Below are positions 1-64,000 of a stretch of 64,000 bases of DNA, in pieces (position 1 is the stretch's first letter; every line of letters starts with the position of its first letter). Position numbers and translations under genes: made by a program. The DNA comes from Hormiphora californensis. Its lineage: Eukaryota > Animalia > Ctenophora. Where the stretch lies: contig CM035361.1 of NCBI GenBank assembly GCA_020137815.1, positions 5,022,001 through 5,086,000 of the forward strand. The letters are read 5' to 3'. The notes beneath the pieces were generated by a model that saw only the letters and a list, made by a program, of their open reading frames with translations, did not search any database and was not told the DNA's origin.

Positions 1-235
1 GAATCCATGTGTATCAGCAGTTGAACTTCCTGTTCCTAATTAGGGCAAAGTTCTATCCAATTAATTACCAATTATTTAACTTACTTAGCCAAAATATAGC
101 TATATCATTAGAAGGTCTATACTCTAATAGTACAAGGTCTAAAGGTGTAATTGAAATTCCAGCAGAACCAAAAACCAATTAACTAACCATCACTCCATTT
201 CTTCCAATTAACTAACCATCACTCTATTTCTTCAG

Positions 236-20249
<20,014 letters not shown>

Positions 20250-20299
20250 GTGTGTGATATATATAATTCTGGAATTGCATGTGTGAAATATATATTGCG

Positions 20300-20408
20300 C
20301 AGGAACCGACCGAATCAGGAAATACTGGTCCCTGATTGGCTGATAACCAGTCACGTGACCTAAATAACGAGTTCTGATTGGTTGTTTACTTGTTTCGGTC
20401 GGTTCCTG
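20300..20408. mobile_element. 109-bp hAT-type MITE just downstream of the AHNAK-like stop codon
   Basis: TIRs intact; TSD ATATTGCG. Confidence 0.9.
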
Positions 20409-21017
20409 ATATTGCGGAATCTAAAGATCGTTTTGTTTGTGTGTTCGTACGTGAATTATGACGTCACAAAGTTATTAATGGGGTAGTTTGAATACAACTG
20501 AGGGTCTATGTGTATGTGTGTACAACATATGTGTTTACATAGGGGACTAATTTATCCGTGATTGAGCTCATGAGCGCACAATTATATTGGGAGTAATGAT
20601 CGATCGTTCTGTTTTTTGTTTCTAAGAGTTATTTTTGAGTTTTTTGTGTGTCCGTTTGAAAGTTCAGTGACTGGAAATGGGAGCGATCTATTTTTTGAAA
20701 CAGATTTGTATTTTGTGCCCTTTTTAAGAGATCTATTAATTATGGATTTACAGCACATTACATATACCGTTTACTAATAATAATATACCGTGTTTGAAAC
20801 TTGGTACCCAACGGAAAATATACGGAATTCAGTTTAGTTTTACCGTCAATCGCGATCGCTGGTTACGGGATATATATATCTCGGTCTCAAATTGTGACAC
20901 GCACAATGCATGCACATGCTTCTCTTATCCCTTACTCAACAAGCACGTTCAAGGAATCCATGAGCCGAAAAAAAAGGATTTTCGGGCCTGGGTGACGTCA
21001 TACGAAAAAGGCTAGGG

Positions 21018-21290
21018 GTCCGATTTTTAATAATGCGAACCGGGGCGCACAGCACGGCCACGGCGCGTTTACATAATTATAAGTCGAATTGCACGCGACA
21101 AATCATTTCTTGATCATATTTTGGCTCCTGATAATATAAAGACTTGATCTTGGTTGCATTGAAAAGGTTTTAAAATTATTGTTCCAAAGCTTTCAGGATC
21201 AAGCTTTAAGGTCGTCAGAAACTTGGTGTTGATGTAGCAAGCGGAAATCGAATTAATTAGCCCCCGGTTCGCATTAAAAATCGGACTTTA
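21018..21290. mobile_element. MITE related to 44432-44668
   Basis: Inverted ends GTCCGATTTTTAAT..GCGAACCGGGG / CCCCGGTTCGCATTAAAAATCGGAC; shares the internal motif ATAAAGACTTGATCxTGGTTGC. Confidence 0.6.
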
Positions 21291-22739
21291 TTGCAATGAT
21301 ACCATTTTCATCATTTCTGCAAAAGCTTCCGTTGCTAGGGCATTTAGGATCGTTGCTATGGCAACAAAGGACACACTGCAGTTTATCGAGAAATGGCTCC
21401 GCCCCCGTCTCTGATGAAGTTGGCAGCTTTGCTGCCAAGTTCGGCCCGGCCAAGGTAAAGAAAAAAGAAAGAAAATTTGCTGGTTGCTATTATACTAGGT
21501 AACCAACTCTGTTGCTATGGCAACCATCGTTTCTATGATGTTTCTATGATGTGTAGAACGCACTCTAAAAGTGAAAGGAGTTGAACACATACCTGGAAGT
21601 TGATTGGTTGTCATGGTACAGTTTTCATTTCCATCTCCCAGTTTCATTTGATCATTTCCCGGTCTTCTTATTTTTCTTGAATGGAATAAATTCCTGGAAT
21701 GCAAAAGCAGATGGTTAGAACCCGAAAAGATATTTCCGGGTATATCAGTATCAACGTGTTTCGTTTGCCCAGACCCTCCAGGGTCCCTCCTTCGCAAACT
21801 GCAATTTCTAGAATTGTTCTAGGACCAGAGATGGAGGAGGTCTGCCAGACCTTCTCCATCTTGTCTCTGCATGATAGTCCTAGAACCAGACCTGGCCTGG
21901 TACAAACTACACAAGTATCTACAACAATACAATTGCACCTTGCCATGGTAACCATTTGGCCACATTGATGCCTGAGTGAGATCGAGGTCGCGCAGCGACC
22001 GAGGTCGATCTCACATCTAGGCCTCCGGCGCGTTATTGATTTTAGAGCAAACTTTTTCAAAGACCTGGCTGCAAGGAACTACTGAACCGATTTGCATCTC
22101 GTTTGTTGTTCCTGGCAGACAATTGTCTCTAGTTTCACGGAAAATACCCGCGAGTATCAGCATTTGAGGAATAGTGGGTCAAAATTGACGCTAACATGAG
22201 CAATGCTTTAAAGACCTGGCTGCAAGCTCCTACTCGGCTGGTACAATCTCGGTATGGGGAATCGTCATGGCCTGTGGTATGGAATACCGGTAGAACGCAC
22301 TCGAAATGAGGGTTAAATGACTGGAAGTATTGTGTCATGCTAAAGGTCTCCAAAAATCGTCATTTCATGGCGATTCCGTCTTAAAATCTTCTTGAATCGC
22401 GCAAATTCCGGATTCATAAGCTTGACCGCACAATATTTCCGGCGAGATATAGTATCAATGGATTCCGTGTAGCCATAGCCCACCTGCGGGTTCCCTCGAT
22501 CGAGAGTAAGCAATTTTTCAAGGAATGTTGACAAGATGGAGAGAGTTGCACTTCTCCTCTTGTTTGATGATAAACGTTCATACGGACTGTCAAGTAAATG
22601 GATCGAAACTACACAATAATCACTACAAAATACATGGAACATAACCATGGATTCACTAACGATCCCGATCTATCTAGCCAAAATATTTAGGCCCTCGGAT
22701 ACTGAAAGAAGACAAATGTGGCCTTTGGTTGAAAGAAAT

Positions 22740-22848
22740 CAGGAACCGACCGAATCAGGAAATACTGGTCCCTGATTGGTTGATAACCAGTCACATGACC
22801 TAAATAACGAGTTCTGATTGGTTGTTTACTTAATTCGGTCGGTTCCTG
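22740..22848. mobile_element. 109-bp hAT-type MITE (plus a fragment at 23066-23113)
   Basis: TIRs intact; TSD not recognisable. Confidence 0.85.
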
Positions 22849-23327
22849 ATGAAGTTTCACAAGGTCACGGTAGCGAAAGGGCAAATTACATGACTTGGCA
22901 TGTATACAATATTAGGACGGTGAAACAATAGAATTGGACCATTAACGCGAAGTATTGTCAACCATTTAAGCCTACACGAAGGACGGCCCCGCTCAGGACC
23001 CCTGATTTGTCTGTTCGTAATAACGACAAAGAAAAAGAAAAACTATCCTGCACTGTCAACAGTCAGTGACCTAATACTTCGATTGGTTGTTTACTTGTTT
23101 CTGTCGGTTCCTGCTGAGAGCCGTTTCCAATCACTGAGCAAGGGCCAAACTATTACACTGGACTTGGCCTTGTATTGTTCAAATTAGGGAGGGTCGAACA
23201 AGGCAAATTGGGCCATTATGAGAAAGGTATTGTAAACCATTCTCTACACGGAAGGGTCGCCCCGCTCAGGGACCTTTAATAGATATATGTTCTGGTTCGT
23301 ATATTAATCTGATCAAAAGAAAATAAA

Positions 23328-24650
23328 TGAGGCATAAACTCTGGCCACTGGCACGTTATTTCAGATACCTTTCTCCCAGCGCGCCGCTGGGAGAAGGTAG
23401 CTGTAGTTTATCCGCCAGTGGCGGATAAACTGGTTTAAATCACGACGACGATCCTGAGGCGTAGCCGAGGGAGAGGCGGAGGGGTTTAAACCAATAACGT
23501 GCCATTGGTCAGAGTTTATGGGTTATATACCCTGCTTTAGTTGTTTGTTTCAAGTATTACACACTAACAAGAGAGAGAACACTAATCAAAACACACAAAG
23601 AGAACTGAGAAACAGTCAAAAACATCTCTCAATTGAGTGTATATTGTTTGGTAACAGTTACTAAGGAGAGAGAGAAAGAAATAACAAGATATGGGGCATG
23701 CCAGACATAACACAGAGGAATTGAGATAGTGAAACAAAAGGGGAGATAAAGAGAGAGAAATTGACGGAATGTGTTGTTTCTTTCTCTCCAATGCAGTGTG
23801 TAACTCTTGCAAACAGTGTTCCCTCTGTATTTCAGTAAGAACTGATCATTTACACACACTTTGAATGTAACATAGGAGTTAATAATAAACAGCCAGCCAG
23901 TGGGAAATAATCTGCCGCTGGACTGGCTGTATATTGAGAGCGCGCCAGTGGGACTTCTCGCCGCTGGCGGGTTATTTAAGTTAGCAGGGTATATATGAGG
24001 TATAAACTCTGGCCACTGGCGCGTTATTTCAGATAACTTTCTCCCAGCGCGCCGCTGGGAGAAGTTAGCTGAAGTTTATCCGCCGCTGGCGGATAAACTG
24101 GTTTAAATCACGACGACGATCCCGAGGCGGAGCCGAGGGAGAGGCGGAGGGGTTTAAACCTATAACGTGCCAGTGGTCAGAGTTTATAGGTTATATACCC
24201 TGCTTTAGTTGTTTATTTCAAGTATTACACACCAACAAGAGAGAGAACACTAATCAAAACACTCAAAGAGGACTGAGAAATAGTTAAAACACCTCACAAT
24301 TGAGTGTACACTGTTTGGTAACAGTTACTAAGCAGTTGCTAAGGAAAGAGAGTGAAAGAAATAGCCTGATAAGGGGCATGTCACACATAACACAGAGGAA
24401 GAGATAGTGAGACAAAAGGGGAGATAAAGAGAGAGTAATTGACGGAATGTGTCCTTTCTTTCTCTCCAATGTAGTGTGTAAGTGTTGCACATAGTGTTCC
24501 CTCTGTATTTTAGTAAGAACTGATCATTTACACACACTTTGAATGTTCAAAATAAATAACCTGCCAGTGGGAAATAATCTGCCGCTGGACTGGCTGTTTA
24601 TTGAGAGCGCGCTAGTGGGACTGGCGGGTTATTTAAGTTAGCAGGGTATA
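23328..24650. repeat. Tandem pair of an approximately 665-bp composite repeat (two adjacent inverted-repeat modules per unit)
   Basis: Units start ATGAGGCATAAACTCTGG (23328) and ATGAGGTATAAACTCTGG (about 23995); internal inverted ends ATAAACTCTG../..CAGAGTTTAT and TATACCCTGCT/AGCAGGGTATA. Confidence 0.8.
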
Positions 24651-25115
24651 ATATATTACTATCACAAACAATAAACTCGCTAGTACCCTATCTGTTATGC
24701 AGTCTTTCCACATCTGAGAAAAGTTGGCTACCTGCTCAAGATCTCCTAACAATAATTTTATATAATTCTGAACGCCAACGGATAACAATTACGATGCCTG
24801 ACAATAGGATTCTCTCTCGGCGGTCAGGTCGATGCCTGCAACAGCTGAATCTACTACATAATAATAAATATTGTCATGGGTGTATGATATGCTGTACTAA
24901 TGAATCACAATTAAACAAATTAAAACCTAATTAATTACAGTCCTTCTTTTTTGTTACACCTATCCACTTCTCCAATAGCATAAATAATTCCAACTTCATA
25001 TATTCGCATCTTATCAGACGGTATATCTCTCTTCCTCATTTTTCAGGTCTTCTTCTCATCAAGGGGCGCCCCTTTTCTTCTCCCATCTTTTCTCCACAGG
25101 GGCCGTGTGATGTCA

Positions 25116-62133
<37,018 letters not shown>

Positions 62134-62239
62134 CTGAACAGTATGTAATTAATTAATTAAGAAACGAAATAATTATGATTAATTAAGAATTAAGAAACTA
62201 ATTAATCGATAAATTACAATCTATTTTTAGATCCTAATG

Positions 62240-64000
62240 AGTAGTGTAAAACTTGTGAATCTGCAACAGCACCTCAATATAGTTAAGGAAGTTGAGGCTT
62301 GTTACCTCACTATACATCTCATTTGACTGTCAAGTGTGTAACTGTATCTCACTATACACCCACACACACACAAACACACTATACACCTCCAGTATTTAGC
62401 TCTAGCCATGTGTAGCTACCCCCCGGGTAACATGGTGGGGCGAATGAGGGGCAGCATATGTGGTAGATGCAGCATATGCAGCAGATTCAATGACCTCCCC
62501 CAATGGGGGAGGTCACTAATTGACACTGTGTGTATCCGGATTAATTGATTTCACTGTGTGTATGAAATCCGGATTAATTGATTCATATGATTCATATGAT
62601 TTGCGTGAAATCATATGAATCATATGGATCATATCAAAGTAAAACACGGGGGTTTAATAGATGAGCTAATTTAAAGATATGACAAAATCTTGGAATTAAT
62701 CCGAATCAGAAGAATCGTCGCTAATTTCTAAACGTCTTACAGATTTGGGCACATTTTCATCAACACGCTTGAGATAATCGATTTCAAGCTGTGTACTAGA
62801 CTCGTATTGCGGGCTTATATAGCCATGGGGAGTAGTCCCAATACGATCTTTTGTAAGAGAGATACCAACAACAAAGTTCTGTTCGAAGTTTTTGCTGGTT
62901 ATCAAACACTGCCCCTTTATATCCAAACCTAGTGATTCATACAGTTGTTGGAGGTAGACGTTATTGTTAAGGTATTTTCCGCTTGTAGGAGATGTTTCTA
63001 ACGGGTCAGAAAAGTAAGGTTTTCCGTCAATATGTAACTGGAACTTGTTAAACGGTACAAAAGCAAATGGGTTTGTTGTAATTTTTCCATCAAAGTCATC
63101 CGATTTCTGCACACAGAAAAATGCGAGGTGTGGTAACTTTCCGGTAAATATATGATTCATGCGAAACACTCTGCCAGTTTGAGTGATGGGTCGTACAATA
63201 AGTTCTGGTTTACTGATATGATATGGTGCAGCTTCCTTTGCTAATCTCTCCTCAATTAGCGAAAGGATTTTGGGAATAGGCTTTATAAACTTAACCTTCA
63301 GATACACCTCTGAAAGTTTTACCGTATAACCCGCTTTTGATGCAAGCAGAAGAAAATTGTCTCCGTTCTTAGTCAGGGTTATTTTGACGGGAAGATTCGG
63401 TGGTAGAGCTTTGTAAGATGTTACTAAAGGACAGTGTAATTTGCTGGATACAGAAATTTCATCCGAAGATTGAATTTTTTCAGTTCGTTCGCTAGCGGCT
63501 TTGTTTTTTTATATTTTCACCAATAAACTGTAATGTTTCCGAATCGCCCTTTGTCTGACCCGAGTCCATTTTGAACAGTTGAGTTTCGAACAAGTAGTCA
63601 CTTCGATCCGGATGAGTGTTTAGAACTATGTTAAAGTAAGATTGATACGCATAGCTGTTCCTCATACTCTGCATAATGTCCACTCTGTCAGCCAATGTAA
63701 CTTCAACTAACTCCCACATAGCGTTAGCTACATTGTTAATTATAGATACGTTGTCTTCTTTAGAGATTTCAGATGTCCCGTTCATAACCGCAAATGTTGT
63801 ATGAATATCAATATCCCAGAGCATGCCAGTTTGTTGAGGAGGAATATCAAAGGTAATTGGCCCATTTAGAATACTCGTCAATGGATAAACCTTAATGGTG
63901 TAACAATCTTCAACTGCAACACGTGTACTTGGGCGTTTCCATAGCAAGAGTTCCGTAGAAATTGCTTCATTCAATCCGGCAAAAGTTTTCATAGTTTTCT
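62240..64000 (-). mobile_element. Polinton/Maverick (endogenous virus-like) segment, apparently inside an ABCC intron
   Basis: Capsid-like ORF, an AGTAGT terminus-like start at 62240 and a hairpin-rich non-coding stretch at 62490-62632; continues past the window end. Confidence 0.55.
62696..63992 (-). CDS. Polinton/Maverick-type major capsid protein (F54H12.2-like), split by a one-base frameshift
   Basis: ORFs 63992-63492 and 63307-62696 fuse if one A is removed from the A-run at about 63505. Motifs GPITFDIP, YAYQSYFNIVLN...QLFKMD, KLHCPL...LPPNLPVKITL and IFTGKLP...DFDGKITTNPFAF match my recollection of this double-jelly-roll family. Intronless. Confidence 0.75.

Noticed and set aside
21296-22884. 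Cluster of 70-130-aa ORFs between the two host genes
   Set aside because: No recognisable domain or splice-consistent model; the region looks like degraded interspersed repeat and MITE sequence.

Overview
Eukaryotic, intron-rich animal DNA. It is probably a cydippid ctenophore such as Pleurobrachia; this is inferred from a recurring 109-bp MITE and from heavy gene nesting, and is not proven. The window holds two large host genes in tail-to-tail orientation. (1) The 3' part (13 exons, about 4,100 aa) of a giant AHNAK/periaxin-like repeat protein on + (236-20249). (2) Most of an ABCC/MRP transporter on - (62133-25116, about 30 exons reconstructed). Four antisense genes are nested in their introns: an LU/three-finger single-pass membrane protein, a class C GPCR, a 98-aa secreted 6-Cys protein and a secreted beta-rich protein. 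A Polinton/Maverick-like segment with a major-capsid ORF occupies the right end. The most unusual signal is that duplications and transposon insertions are anchored on splice sites. A 5.5-kb array carries about 177 copies of an exon end plus its GT donor, a second donor array has about 29 copies, there is an acceptor array, there are many single splice-site duplications, and a hAT-type MITE has a target-site duplication that repeatedly starts exactly at the donor GT. Scattered single-base frameshifts and one garbled stretch suggest residual consensus errors in the assembly.
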